64,000 bases of DNA from Mobula hypostoma (GCF_963921235.1 NC_086097.1:182406001-182470000); one strand, 5' to 3'. Numbered from the stretch's first letter, positions 23,106-35,780 are shown. A program made the numbers and translations. The notes: generated by a model from the sequence alone, not told the origin.

Positions 23106-24800
23106 GAAAGCCAGCATGCACAAACCCTTCCTCACCATCCAGTCTACTTGTGAGTCCGCTTTTAGGGAAACTTGTCCTTGTACTCCAAGATCCCTCTGTT
23201 CTATAATACACCTCAGTCACCTGCCTTTCACTGTGAATATTCATCCTGGATTTGACTTCCCAAAACACAACATCCTGCACTTATTCATTTACCCAGCTGA
23301 TGAAGATTCACGTGTAATTTTTGATAACCTTCTTCATTATCTACTATACCAACCATTTTAGTATCATTTGCAAACTTAACATGCCCTGTACTTTGTTATT
23401 TAAATCATATCCAGCACCCTACTCTCATCGACCTTTTGGTTACTTCAAGAAGCTTAATCAAATTCCTAAGAAATGATTGCTCACACAGAAAGCCATGTTG
23501 ATCACCCTTAATTAACCCATCCTTCCAGATGTATTCATGTCTTATCTTTCATAATCCTTTCCAGTAACTTACCTTCCACAGATGTCTTCTCTAGCCTTCC
23601 ACAGTGTCCTTTGATAAAAACTGATTAGGCCCAACCTATTTTCATACTTTTTAAGACCTCTCCCTAATTGTAACATGGACTATCCCCAAGACCTCCACAT
23701 TTACTTTTTCTAGTTCCGAAGTCTCCATGTCTTTCTCCATAGTAAAAACCCAGGAAAAGTATTCATTTTGGACCTTGACCATCTCCTGTGCTCCACACAA
23801 GTATGCACCATTTGGTCTTTGACAGGTCCTATTCTCTCTCTCGTTACTCTTTCTTCCTTAATAAGTATATTAAATCTCTTTGGATACTCTTTAATCTTCT
23901 CTGTCAAATGTATCTCAATTCCCCTTCCATGCCTCCTGATTTCCTTCCTGAGTACAGTCCTGCACCTCCTATTCTGCTCCTGGGATTCGCTTGATCCCAG
24001 CTGTCTCTACCTGATCCATGTCACTGTCCCCTTTTACCTGGCCAGGGCCTCATTATCCCTTGTCATCCAGGGTTCCCTATTCTTACCAGGCTTGACCTTC
24101 ACTCTAACAGGAACATGCAGGGCTGGAGGTCTCACCATCTCACCTTTAAGTGTCTCCCACTTGCTCACAAACAACCTATTCCAATCAAGCTCATGTCTCA
24201 TACCATAAGATAGATAATTCCCCGGAGCTGGACAAGGTTACTACAGGAAGACCACACTGAGAGTATTGTGTTCAGTTCTGTCGCCTCATTATAGGAAGGA
24301 TGTGGAAGCTTTAGACAGGGTGTAGAGGAGATTTTTCAGGATGCTGCCTGAGCTAGAGAGCATGTCTTATGAGAAAAGGTTGACTGAGCTGGGGATTTTC
24401 TCCTTGGAGTGAAGGACGATGAGAGATGATTTGACAGAGGTGTACAATATGATAAGAGGATGGATACAGTGAACAGCTCAATACTTCTTTCTCAAAGCAG
24501 TAATGGCTATATGAGGGGGCATAATTTTAAGGTGTTTTGAGGAGACTATAGAGGGATGTTAGAAGTAGTTTTTAAAAAATATACAGAGAGTGGTAGGTGC
24601 ACGTTATGGGGGGGGGGTGGTGATAGAGGCAGGTATATTAGAGACATTTAAGAGTCCCTAAGTAAAATAGAATGATCTTGAAGTTGGTTAAAGGGTTGGC
24701 ACAACATCATGGGCTGAAAGGCCTGTATTGTGCTGTATATTCATACCATTAAAATTTGCCTTCCCCCAATATAGAACATGAACATGTGGACCTGTTCTGT
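23105..24800. mobile_element. mosaic of CR1 fragments on both strands
   Basis: KIKEYPKRFNILIKEERVTRERIGPVKDQ (minus); ccacactgagagtattgtgttcagttctg (plus). Confidence 0.7.
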
Positions 24801-25744
24801 CCCTTTCCATAATTAGTTTAAAACTCATGGAACTTTGGTCACGAGTTACAAAATGCTCCTGATGAGGTGAAATGATCTGTATGGTTAGCTTTTCACTCTA
24901 CCCTGTTACATGTGACAATAATAAACCAATTTACCAATTCTGAAGTGCTGCTTTTCAACATTCAACTTAACTCCTCAATTCCCTTTGCAGGATCTCACCT
25001 GCCTTCCTGCCTGTGTCACTGGTCTCAATATGGACCATGACTTTGGGCTACTCACCCTCTCCTTTCAGGTGATCGAAGGTATTTTTGACCCCAGCACTAC
25101 AGAGACAGTAACCCCACCCTGGATTCTCATTCTGAGCTACACAGGTGGCCTACTGAATTTGTACTGACCTTCACCAGCAGCAAATACAATACGTCAGAGG
25201 AACACAGTAGATTGAACAGCATCTGTGGGGGCAAAGGAATTGTATATGTTTCGAGTTTCAGTATTCCTCTTCCCTCATAGATGTGGCCTGACCAGCTGAA
25301 GTCCCTCCAGCAGACTGTGTGTTGCTCCTGATTCCAGGATCTGTAGTCACTGGTGTCTTGTCACACACCCAGATTCCACCACTTGCTTACACTCTAGGGA
25401 CAACTCACAGTGGCCAATTAACCCGACAACTAGCATGGCTTTGGGACGTGGGAGAAGTCTGAGTGCTTAGGAAAAACCCATGCAGTGATGGGGAGAGTGT
25501 GCAGGAACTGAACCATGGACACTTGTTCTGTGAGACACCACTGTGCTGCCCGAACAATTCAGGGTCGTTCCTCGGCTTGATACTAGGCAGGTAGGATGTC
25601 CGATGAGGATGAGGTTGGTGGGGGGCGGGGGGAAGCTGGGATATCAGGGAAGGTTGAAGGGGGAAGGGTGGGCTTTGAAAGGTTTTTGTCCAAAGTTTCA
25701 GCACAGCAATATTGCAGCAGTAGAGTTGTGAGTTTTGAACTTAC

Positions 25745-26012
25745 CTCAGGGACTCGGGGGAGGTGCAGAGATGCAGCGGACAATAGCCGTCCTCGGACAC
25801 TGCATTTGGGTTAGCTCCCGCTCTCAGCAGTAGCCGTGCACACTCAGCCTGGGAGTTCTCACACGCCTCGTGCAGGGCAGTCTTCCCTCCGGGAGAAAAG
25901 TCGGGCTCAGCTCCACAGGACAGTAGGTGCCGCACACACTGGTCATATCCCCTGCTCGAGCAGATCTGCAGCGGCGTGGTGAACTCCTGCTTGTAGCACA
26001 GTGACCAGATCC
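25745..26012 (-). CDS. ASB10: ASB10-like exon 2, ankyrin repeats (IWSLCYKQEFTTPLQIC...GGKTALHEAC...GYCPLHLCTSPESL)
   Basis: acceptor tcctgcag|GG, donor AG|gtaag; 268 nt, phase 1 to 2; TPLH/TALH ankyrin motifs. Confidence 0.92.
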
Positions 26013-26309
26013 CTGCAGGAAGGACGGGTCATGGGTCATTGCCAGGGTACAGGTCATGGGTCATTACCTGGGGAACAGGGCACAGGTCATTACTGAGGGT
26101 ACAGGGGATGTAGTCATTACTGAGGGGAGTGGGTACAGGTTGTTATCCTTACCCTTTACTCTATCAGGAACATGTAGATCATGAACTGCCATATCTCACT
26201 CTTAATACCCTCCCAGTTGCCAAATGACCCTACCTAGTAGGGCCCTTCATATATTGCCTGAGGAAATACCATCCAATCTAAACCCTTGGCTCTACAACAG
26301 TTCAGTTTA

Positions 26310-27295
26310 TGTTAGGATACCTATGCATCATGGCCTGGTGTAGAACTACCAATGCCCAAGAATGGAAAAGCCCACAAAAACTTGTGGATACAGCCCAATC
26401 CATCACAAGCAAAGCCTTCTCCACCAGTGAGAACATGTACAAGGATCACTGTCACAAGAAACCAAGGACCTCCACCATCCAGACCATACTCTCTTCTTGC
26501 TGCTGCCGTTGGTAAGGAGATTGTTTTATGTGGCATTCACACTTCTAATTGAAGTGTGGCCCAGAAAGGGCAAACACGCGCCTGTCTGCTCGGGAGCGGG
26601 GTTGGATTGATCTTCATCTGGCACCTTGTCCACAGCCATTCCAACATGGGTGGCCTGGAGTTGGCATCGCCTGATGGAGTCCTTGACGCACACAAGCCTC
26701 CACACGATATCGACCTGCGGATACGCCTCCACACGATATCGACCTGTGGATACGCCTCCACACGATACGTCCTGACGAAGGGTTCCGGCCCGAAACGTCG
26801 ACTCATCGTTTCCACGGTTGCTGCCCGACCTGCTACGTTCCTCCAGTGTGTTGTGAGTGTTGCTTTGATCCCAGCATCTGCAGATTATTTTGTGTTATCA
26901 ACCTGTTGATCCAGGTTGTGGATAGAGAAGGAGGTATGGCATTCTTAGGTCCCACACCACCAGGTTCAGGAACTGTTATTACTTTCCAACCATCAGGTTC
27001 CTGAACCGGTGTGAATAATTCCTGTCACCACAAATCTGAACATATTTTACAATGCATGGACTCACTTTCAAGGATCCTACAACTCATGTTCTCAGTTTTA
27101 TCCATCAATCTACCTATTCAGTATTTGCACAGTTTGTCTTGATTTGCACACTGGTTACTTGCTAGTCTTTGAGGGTAGATTTTCTTTGATTATATTGCAT
27201 TTCTTTGTTCTACTGTGTATGCTTCCAAGAAACTGAATCTCAAGGTAGGATACAGTGATATACGTACTTTGACAATAAATTTACTTTGAATTTCA
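26310..27295 (+). mobile_element. Rex1/Babar-type 3' fragment interrupted by a composite insertion at ~26512-26930
   Basis: CIMAWCRTTNAQEWKSPQKLVDTAQSIT; resumes at ~26930 with the same 3' region and tail as the 7005-7650 copy. Confidence 0.75.
26769..26802 (+). ncRNA. minimal type I hammerhead ribozyme motif heading a ~130 bp Penelope-like tail (to ~26896)
   Basis: gtc-CTGACGA-agggttccggccc-GAAAC-GTC-gac, then gctgcccgacctgctacgttcctccagtgtgttgtg...ccagcatctgcaga. Confidence 0.78.
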
Positions 27296-28276
27296 AAAGT
27301 TAAATCCTCTACTCTGACAGCCCCATTATTCTTGCAGCTGTCTGTAATCTCCCTGAATATTTGTTCGTCAAATTCCATTGACTATTTGGGGGCATAATGT
27401 AGAAGCCCAACAATGTGATTATCCTCTTATTTCTCAGCTCAAATTAGAAAGCCTCACTGCACTATGCCTCAGTAATATCATCTCAGACCACTGCTGTGAT
27501 ATTCTCTTTAATAAGAAATGCAACTCCCCCCCCCCACCAATAGAACCTGTAACCTGGAACATTTAACTGGCAGTCCTGTCCTTTCTTCAGCCATATTTCT
27601 GTAATGGCTATAACATCCAAGTCCCACATAGCTAACCACCATTTGAGTTCACCTGCTCCACCTGTCAGGTCTCCTCGTATTGAAAGAAATGTAGTTTAAT
27701 CCAGCAAGCTTTTCTCCCTTGCTGCCAGGCTGCTTCCTGTCTTGTCGACTGACCTTTCTGAAACTGAGTTCAGTATCAGCTTCCAGCCTCTCATTTGCCT
27801 TCCTGATGCATTGGATCCCACCACCTCCGCCAATCTAGTCTAAATCCTCCCCAGTAGTACAGTACCAGGAAATGTGCTGATCAGAACATTGTTCCAGTTC
27901 AGCTGTAACCCAGCCATCTTGTACTGCTCTCCCCCATCCCAGAGAAGATACCAGTAATCCACAAATCGGAACCACGGCCCCCTGCACCAATTCCTCAGCC
28001 ACGCATTTATCTGTCTGTGTGATACTGTACTGTGCAACACGCTCTATGAGGCGGCACAGTAGTGTGAGCTTGGATGGCACGGACCAGTTGGGCCGAAGGG
28101 CCCGTTTCCGTGTTCTCTGATACTGTCACTACAGAGGAAGGTTTCCTAATATCCCTTATCATCGCTGTCAGCTGTCCCATCCCCTCCAGCCTCTACCGCC
28201 TTAAGGAAATCCAACCCAGCCACCCCAGTCTCCTCGTAACTGAAACCCTCTGTCCCGAGCAATGCCCTGACGAGTC

Positions 28277-28763
28277 TTCGGGACACCCCCTCTATATCAG
28301 AACCGGGTTTATCATCACGACATTGCAGTGAAATGTATTCGGGACACCCCCTCTATATCAGAACCGGGTTTATCATCACGACATTGCAGTGAAATGTATT
28401 CGGGACACCCCCTCTATATCAGAACCGGGTTTATCATCACGACATTGCAGTGAAATGTATTCGGGACACCCCCTCTATATCAGAACCGGGTTTATCATCA
28501 CGACATTGCAGTGAAATGTATTCGGGACACCCCCTCTATATCAGAACCGGGTTTATCATCACGACATTGCAGTGAAATGTATTCGGGACACCCCCTCTAT
28601 ATCAGAACCGGGTTTATCATCACGACATTGCGGTGAAATGTATTCGGGACACCCCCTCTATATCAGAACCGGGTTTATCATCACGACATTGCGGTGAAAT
28701 GTATTCGGGACACCCCCTCTATATCAGAACCGGGTTTATCATCACGACATTGCGGTGAAATGT
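28277..28763. repeat. 8 x 61 bp near-perfect tandem array
   Basis: unit ttcgggacaccccctctatatcagaaccgggtttatcatcacgacattgc(a/g)gtgaaatgta; period 61 verified from ggacacc at 28281, 28342, 28403 and onward. Confidence 0.97.
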
Positions 28764-29223
28764 GTTGTTTTCTGGCAGCAGTACGGTGTAAAACATAAAA
28801 ACTTTCAGCAACTTCCAAAAACAGTGAGAAAGAGGAGTAGCGAACATGGGCCATTTAGAAATCTGACGGAGGAGGGAAGGAAGCTGGTCCTGAAATCGCT
28901 CTTGCACCTCCTCACTGATGACTGTACCGTGACGCGGGCGTGTCCCGCGTGGTATGTATCTTTCTTGAGACCCTCACTGAGGAATCCGTGTCCTGAAGTT
29001 CCTGACCCCGCCTTGTCCCCACTGATCACTTCTTCATCCCGAAGATCCCAGTGACCCCCAAACACAATATATTTCCCCCAGATCCGCCCCTGTAACTGCC
29101 CTGTCCATCGACCCTCTGTAATTCCCCCGACCCTGCACCAGACACCCCCCCCCGTAATTCCCCTTTCCTGACTCCTCTACTCCCCGAAACTCCCCGTATC
29201 TGTCCCTCCCCCGGCTCACGCAC

Positions 29224-29419
29224 TCAGGGCCCGCAGGTTGTAGCGGTAGTTCCTCCACTGTTCTACGTCGCTGGTGTCAAACACCACGTTGGGGTGAAGG
29301 TGGGGGTGCTGGGGGTCCGTAGTCAGGAGTAGCACCGTCTCTGCCTCCCCCAGTAGCAGGGCGTGCCATAATTCCCAGGCGGGACCTTCTGCCTTAGCGG
29401 TGACAATGACATTGGACAT
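29224..29419 (-). CDS. ASB10: ASB10-like, proximal alternative first coding exon (MSNVIVTAKAEGPAWELW...VFDTSDVEQWRNYRYNLRAL)
   Basis: ATG at 29419, donor A|GTGCGT at 29224 (phase 1) gives RALR-IWSL; matches recalled ASB10 motif VFDTSDPERWRDFRFNIRALRLWSL. Confidence 0.85.
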
Positions 29420-30125
29420 GTCGTGGTGGGAGGTCTGACTGCTCCTTTCCACAGCTGAGGCTATTTTCTGCAGCCCCTCGTGATGCTCTGGCTCCGAGAC
29501 AGCTCAGGATTTGGTGTCAGACCGCTGCTCCGCCCAGTCAGTCCCCGACCCAGGAGATCACTCACCCATTGCCCCATGCGGTCTCTGGTAGCGAGCCCTG
29601 CTCTCAGTGATCCACAGCCAAAACATCCCCTCCCTCCCAGAGTCCCTCTGATTCTGACGGTGTGACCCAGACCTCGCCAATGTGTCCAAGGTACCTGTCA
29701 CCCTCCCCGGTCCTTATCCATCCCCTCCCATCCTTCCCCATGGGCTCCCCTCGCCCACACGTCCCATGTGGTCTGTCTGTCCCTGGTACGTGGTCGGCGA
29801 GTGATCCCGGGGCCGGGCCGTAATGAGATCAGGTCCTAGGGAGACCCGTGTGTCCCATCAACCCTCATCCCAACACCTCCAACCATCCAACTCCCCTACT
29901 GTTTCAAACCTCTCCACACTAAATCCTGATTTCTGATCTATCAGGGCTCACCCATCCCTCAACCCCCCTCCCACATCAACGCCCTCCCTCCTCACTGTCT
30001 CACCCTCCTTACCATCTCCCTCTCTCACCACCCCTCCCTCAGTGCCCTGTCCTACAAGACAATACTCCTTCAGAACCGTTCTGCGGTGTACCTGACCTAC
30101 GGGTGCAGCCCCTCCCCGCACTCAC

Positions 30126-30366
30126 CCAGTCTGGGTGCCGGCTGCACGCTCTCCTCAGCCTGTGGGATTAGCAGATCCCCGACGCTGCCCCTGGTGAAGA
30201 GGCATCGGACCCTGTGCAGGTCTCCGGTGTACAGGGCGTTGTGAACCAAGCTGTCCGCACACACCAGTGAGTGGGGCGGGAGGCAGCCGCGACCCCACCT
30301 CCTCCTCCACACAGCTGCCTCCCTGTCCCGGCTCAGAGACCTCAGCGCGAGGCCGCGGCGGGACAT
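30126..30366 (-). CDS. ASB10: ASB10-like, distal alternative first coding exon (MSRRGLALRS...NALYTGDLHRVRCLF...PRL)
   Basis: ATG at 30366, donor G|GTGAG at 30126 (phase 1) joins exon 2 in frame; LVCADSLVHNALYTGDL resembles the alternative ASB10 N-terminus (LLCQDMALQNALYTGDL) as recalled. Confidence 0.8.
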
Positions 30367-30799
30367 CACCGGCAGGCCCGCCACCCTCCTGATCAACACA
30401 GAGAGCCGGGCCTGGCTCTGGCCAGCTGCTATTTCCGTAACTGTTTACAGAGCGGTTTAACCTCCTCAGTGCTGGAGCGGTACTGGGCAAGGTCCCGCCA
30501 TGGAAAGGGTACAAGGTAACGGTGAGGAGTGGGGTCGATGGGGTGTTGGGTGGCGACGCGTGCGGGTCGAGGTGGAGTGGGTGTGGGTGGGGAGAGTAGG
30601 TGCGAAGGCCCCAGTGAGAAGAATGATCAGTTGTAACAAGCCCTGTGCTGCAACTGGTGTCTTCAGACTTGGCTTTTGAGATCTTCCCGTGGACTTTGAC
30701 AGTTATTGCTTCTGGGATCTTGCTTTGCACTGTGACACACTGGCAGGGTCACTTTCCTAAGGTTGGCTAGCCTAGTGGACTCCAACCCAGAGTTCAGTC

Positions 30800-33700
30800 C
30801 TTGGTTTACTGTTTAGTTTACATTAAAGGTCTGGAAGGAATAGTGTGTAAGGTCCCAGGTTTGCTGATGATACAAAACTAGATAGAATGCATTATGATAG
30901 GGATACACAGCCGGACGTAGGTAGAAGAGCGTGATTTGGAGTATAGTGTTAGGGAGTGTGGGCTCATGCCCTTCAGTGAGCGAAACCAGGCAGATTATTG
31001 TCTGTGTGGAGAGAAATTGCAAGAGGGATCTAGGTGTTCCAGTCACTCAGAGTTAGCAGACAGGTCCACCAAGTCACAGTTATACAGCATGGAAACAGGT
31101 CCTTTGGCCCAACTCGTGCACGATGACCAATTGCCTACTTGAGCTAGTCCTATTTGCCTGCATATGGCCCATATCCCCCTAAACCTTTCCTGTCAATGTA
31201 CACGTCCAAGTGCTTCTTAAAATAGAGTACTACTTGTTATAGAACACTGCAGCTCAGAAACCATGCCAAACTTATTCTGTATCGGAGGTCCTCCGTACAC
31301 CTCCCATCCACGTTCTTATCCAAACTTCTCTTAAATGTTGCAGTCAAAACTGCATCCATTTCTTTCACTGGCAGCTCATTCCACACTTGCACTGCCCTCT
31401 GAATGAAGAAGCTCCTCCTTGTCCCTCTTAAATGTTTCATTTTTCACTTGCTAGTTCAAGTTTCACATAACCTCACAAAGCCTCCTTGCATTCACCCTAT
31501 AGTCAGGTGCTCAAGCCCTGGCTATATCCTTGTATTTTTCCTCTGTACTCTCAATCTTTCTGTAGGTAGGTGACCAGAATTGTACATAGTACTCCAAATT
31601 TGACCTCACCATTGTCTTATTCAACTTCAACATAACATCCCATCTCCTGTACTTAATACTCAGATTTTTGAAGACCAATGTGCCGAAAGCTCTCTTTACA
31701 ACCCCATCTGCCTGTGACACCATTTTCAAGCAAAAATGGTTTTGAATTTCCAGATCCCTTTATTTTACCGCACCACTCAGCGCCCCTCTGTTTACTATGT
31801 AAGTACTACCCTGAGTTGTCCTCCCAAACTACAACACCTCACAGGTGTCTGCATTAAATTCCATATGCCATTTTTCCAGCTGGTTCAGATCTGGCTGCAA
31901 GTTTTGATACTCCACCCCCAATCTTTGTGTCATTCACAAGTCTGCTGGTCCAGTTTACCACATTATCATCCAAATCATTTTATAGATGACAAATAATAAT
32001 GGACCCAGCACAGATCCTTGTAGCCCATCACTAGTCACAGGCTTCCAGTCAGAGAGGTAACCATTTACTACCACTCTCTGGCTTCTCTCACTAGAGTCAT
32101 AGAAAACTACAGCACAGAAAAAGGCCCTTCAGCCCATCTAGTCCATGCAGAACTATTTAACCCACCTACTTCTATCTACCTTCACCTGGACAATAGCTCT
32201 CCATACCCCTATCATCCATGTACCTATCTAAACTTCTCTTAAACTTTGAAATCAAGCGTACATGCACCTCTTGCACTGGCAGCTCATTCCACATTCTCAC
32301 AACCCTCTGAGTGAAGAAGTTTTCCCTCATGTTCCACTTAAAACTTTTCACCTTTCGCCCTTAACCCATGACATCTAGTTGTAGTTGCATTAAACCTCAG
32401 TGAAAAACGCCTGCTTGAATTTACCCTATCTATACTCCTCAAAAAATTGTATAACTCTCTCAAATCTTCCCTCAATCTTCTACTTGGCAACCTAATCAAT
32501 CATTACTTATAACTCCCTGTGAAGCCCTGAGAATATATTCATCTTAATTTGCCTCAAGACAACAAGCACTTTCACTTTTGTAATCTGGATATGGTCCATG
32601 AACTCCTCCCTGTTTTGCCTCAGTTCTCTATACACTGTGTCCATCTCACGAGTGAATACAGATGCAAAAAATCCATTTGAGATCTCTTTTGGCTCCATGC
32701 ATAGATGACCATGCTGATCTTCAAGTGGACCAAGTTTGTCCCTTGCTACCCTTTTGCTATTAATGTATCTATAAAAATCCTTCACCGTGTCTGCCAGAGT
32801 AACTTGATGCCTTCTCTTAGTTGTCCTGATTTCCCTCTTGTGTGTGCCTCAAATGAAAAAAATTCCTTCAGACTTCTATTTAATCTCTTCCCTCTCACTT
32901 GAAACCTGTGCTCTTTAGTCCTTGATTCCACAATGTTGAGGAAAAGGCTGTGCATGTCCACGCTATCTATGCCCCTCAAGATTTTATACATCCTCTGTAT
33001 TATCACCCCTCAGTCTAATGAAAAAAGTCCCAACCTGTTCAGATTCTCTCCATAACTCAGTTCCTCGAGTCCCCACAACATAAATCTCCTCTGTGCTCTT
33101 TCCAGTTTAAAGGCATCTTTCCAATAGCAGGGCGATCAAAATGGTACATAAAATTCCAAGTGTGCCCTCACCAACTATAACATAAATCATTGTACAACTG
33201 CAACGTAACATCACAACTCCTGACTCAATGCCTTCTTCACCATCCTAATTATATGCAACACCACTTTCAGGGATCCATGTACTTGTACTCCAAGGTCTTT
33301 CTGTTCTCCAACACTACCCAAGCCCCTGCCATTCACTCGTACCCCGGTTTGTCTTTCCAAAATATAACACATCACCCTTAAACTTTTCATCCAAAAGATT
33401 AAGATGCATGGGCTGTTTGGATTCAGAAATGGCTTGCTCATAGAAGATAGAAGGTAGTAGCCAATGGGACTTATTCTGGCTGGAGATCTGTGACAAAGGT
33501 CTGTCCTGGAACCTCTCCTGTTTGTGATATATACAAATGGCCTGGATTAAAATATAGGTGGGTGAGTTAGTAAATTCACAGATGATACAAAGATTGGTGG
33601 ATGGTGCAGAAGAAAGACAAAGGAACAGTAGGATATAGATCAGTTTGCAATTATGGGTGGAGAAATGGCAGATGGAGATTAACCTGGCCAAATGTAAAGT

Positions 33701-35100
33701 ATTGCCCTTTGGAAGGTCAAATGTAAAAAGACCATACACTATACAGTTTAATCCAGATAAATGTGAGGTGTTACATTTTGGGAGATTAAATATAAGGGAA
33801 AGTATACAGTTTACAGAATATAGTACAACCTTTAAGTATACAGTATGACCGTTAACATTAATGTACGGAGGGATTTTGGGCGTTCAGGTTCATAGTCCCT
33901 AAAAGTGGTAATGAAGGCATACAGTGTTGGTCAAGGTATTGCGTATAAATCAGGAAGTTATTGTAGCTGTGTAAAACTTTGGGTTCGTTCACACATGGAG
34001 TGTTATCTGCAGCTCTGCTCATCCCATTACAGGGAGGATATGGAGAATGTGGAGAGGGTACAAAACTGGTTTACCAGGATAGAACATAAAACAATACAGC
34101 ACTGGGCAGGCCATTCAGCCCATGATTCTGTGCTGACCTTGATGGCAAATGTCATTCTCCCTGTGTCTCATCCATTCCCTTCATAATTTTGTGTCTATCA
34201 AAAAGTGGCTTAAATTCCACCAAACTGCCTGCTTCCATTACTACCTTGGTAATCAATTCCAGACACCTAACACTTTGTGTAAAAAAAACTTTGCCTCTCA
34301 CCTCCCCTTTAAACTTCCTAACTTGAACCTTAAAAGCATATCCTTTGCTTTTTGGCATTTCTACCTTTAGAAAAGGACTCTGACTGCCTACCACATCTGT
34401 GCCTTTCCTATAAACTCTATCTTCACCCTCTGACGCTCAAGGGAGAGCAACTTAAGTTTGTCCAACTATTTGAAGTTCATACTCTCTAATCCAGGCAGCA
34501 TCCTGGTAAACTTCTTCAACACCCTCTCCACATCTTTGCTACAATGGGGCAAACAAAATTGTATACAATACTCCCAGTGCAGACTGACAAGCTGCAGCAT
34601 GACATCCTTACATTTATACTCAGCACCTTCACCAATAAAGGTAAGCCTGTCATATGCCCCTTTAACTCCGTATCCACTTCCAGTGAGCTATGGACTTGGA
34701 CCCCAAGACCTCTCTGTACCTCAATGCTGTTAAGACATCTACATTAATTCTATACTTTCTCCTTTCATTTGGCATCCCAAAGTGCAACATCTCATATTTG
34801 CCCGGATTAAACTCCATCTGCAGGATATTGCCTGGGTTAGAGGGGTTGGACAAACTTGGGGGATTGTTTTCTCTGGATGTTTGAGGGGAGACCTGATAGA
34901 GGTTTATAAGATTATGAAAGGCACAGACAGGGTGGATAGTCTGAGTTTTTTTCTCAGGGTAGGAATGTGAGACACCAGAAGACATTTAAGGAGAGAGGAG
35001 GAAGAGAGAGTTGAAAGGAGATATGTGGGTCCAGTTTTTATTGTACAAAGAATGGTGGGTGCCTGGGACAGGTTGCCAGAGGCGGAGGTGTGCAGACATT
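30800..35100. mobile_element. dense nested CR1 fragments on both strands, between IQCA1-like and ASB10-like genes
   Basis: multiple CR1 motifs: RSNLEYYVQFWSP, DFYRYINSKRVARDKLGPL, WVEKWQMEINLAKCKVL, RGDLIEVYKIMKG. Confidence 0.85.
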
Positions 35101-35107
35101 TGACAGA

Positions 35108-35240
35108 TCTGATGAAGGGTTTCAGCCCAAAATGTTAACTCTTTATATCTCTCCATAGATGCTGCTGGACCTGCTATGTTCTTTCTACATTTTGTGTGTG
35201 TTGCTTTGTATTTCCAGCATCTTCAGAATCTCCTGTGTTT
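35108..35240 (+). mobile_element. short Penelope-like tail starting at a degenerate hammerhead
   Basis: CTGATGAagggtttcagcccaaaatgttaact...gatgctgctggacctgct...tttccagcatcttcagaatctcctgtgttt. Confidence 0.7.
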
Positions 35241-35379
35241 ATGATTGTCCTGCTCCTGGTTCCTCTCCACAAAGAATGTGGATATGAAGGCAAGGGGTGT
35301 AATCAATAAAATTGCAGATTACACAGACATTGATGGTGTTAACAGTGAGCTGGATGACATAGGTACAGGATGATCTTGG

Positions 35380-35630
35380 TCTATTGGTAATTTGGGTATA
35401 GCAGATTGTTATTGATTGATCCATTGGTAATCTGGTAAGAGTAGATTATTATTGATCTATTAGTAATCTGGGAACAGTAGATTATTATTGATCCATAAGT
35501 AATGCAGGTAGAGCAGATTATGATTGATCCATTGGTAATCTGGACAGAGCAGATTGTTATTGATCCTTTGGTAATCTGCACAGAACATGTTACTACTGAT
35601 CCATTGGTAAACTGAGTAGAGCAGTTATAG
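35380..35630. repeat. degenerate ~36-38 bp minisatellite (gatccattggtaatctgg..agagcagattattatt)
   Basis: about 7 imperfect tandem units. Confidence 0.8.
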
Positions 35631-35631
35631 T

Positions 35632-35780
35632 CGCAAACACGAGGAATTCTGCAGATGCTGGAAATTCAAGCAACACACATCAAAGTTTCTGGTGAACGCA
35701 GCAGGCCAGGCAGCATCTCTAGGAAGAGGAACAGTCGACGTTTCGGGCCGAGACCTGATGAAGGGTCTCGTCCCGAAACG
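35632..35780. mobile_element. 149-bp fold-back Penelope derivative with two opposed partial hammerhead cores; 14-bp TSD AGAGCAGTTATAGT
   Basis: TSD at 35618-35631 and 35781-35794; antisense tail to ...gtcgacgtttcgggccgagacc, then sense CTGATGAagggtctcgtcccGAAACG. Confidence 0.88.

Noticed and set aside
28277..28763. CRISPR-like regular array
   Set aside because: Units are contiguous and identical with no unique spacers, there are no cas genes, and the context is eukaryotic; it is a tandem repeat.
16578..30366. Assignment as ASB18 or ASB4
   Set aside because: The VFDTSD..WR.YR.N.RALR first exon, the second NALYTGDL first exon and the WPGAFPK motif fit recalled ASB10 better; phylogeny is still needed to confirm.
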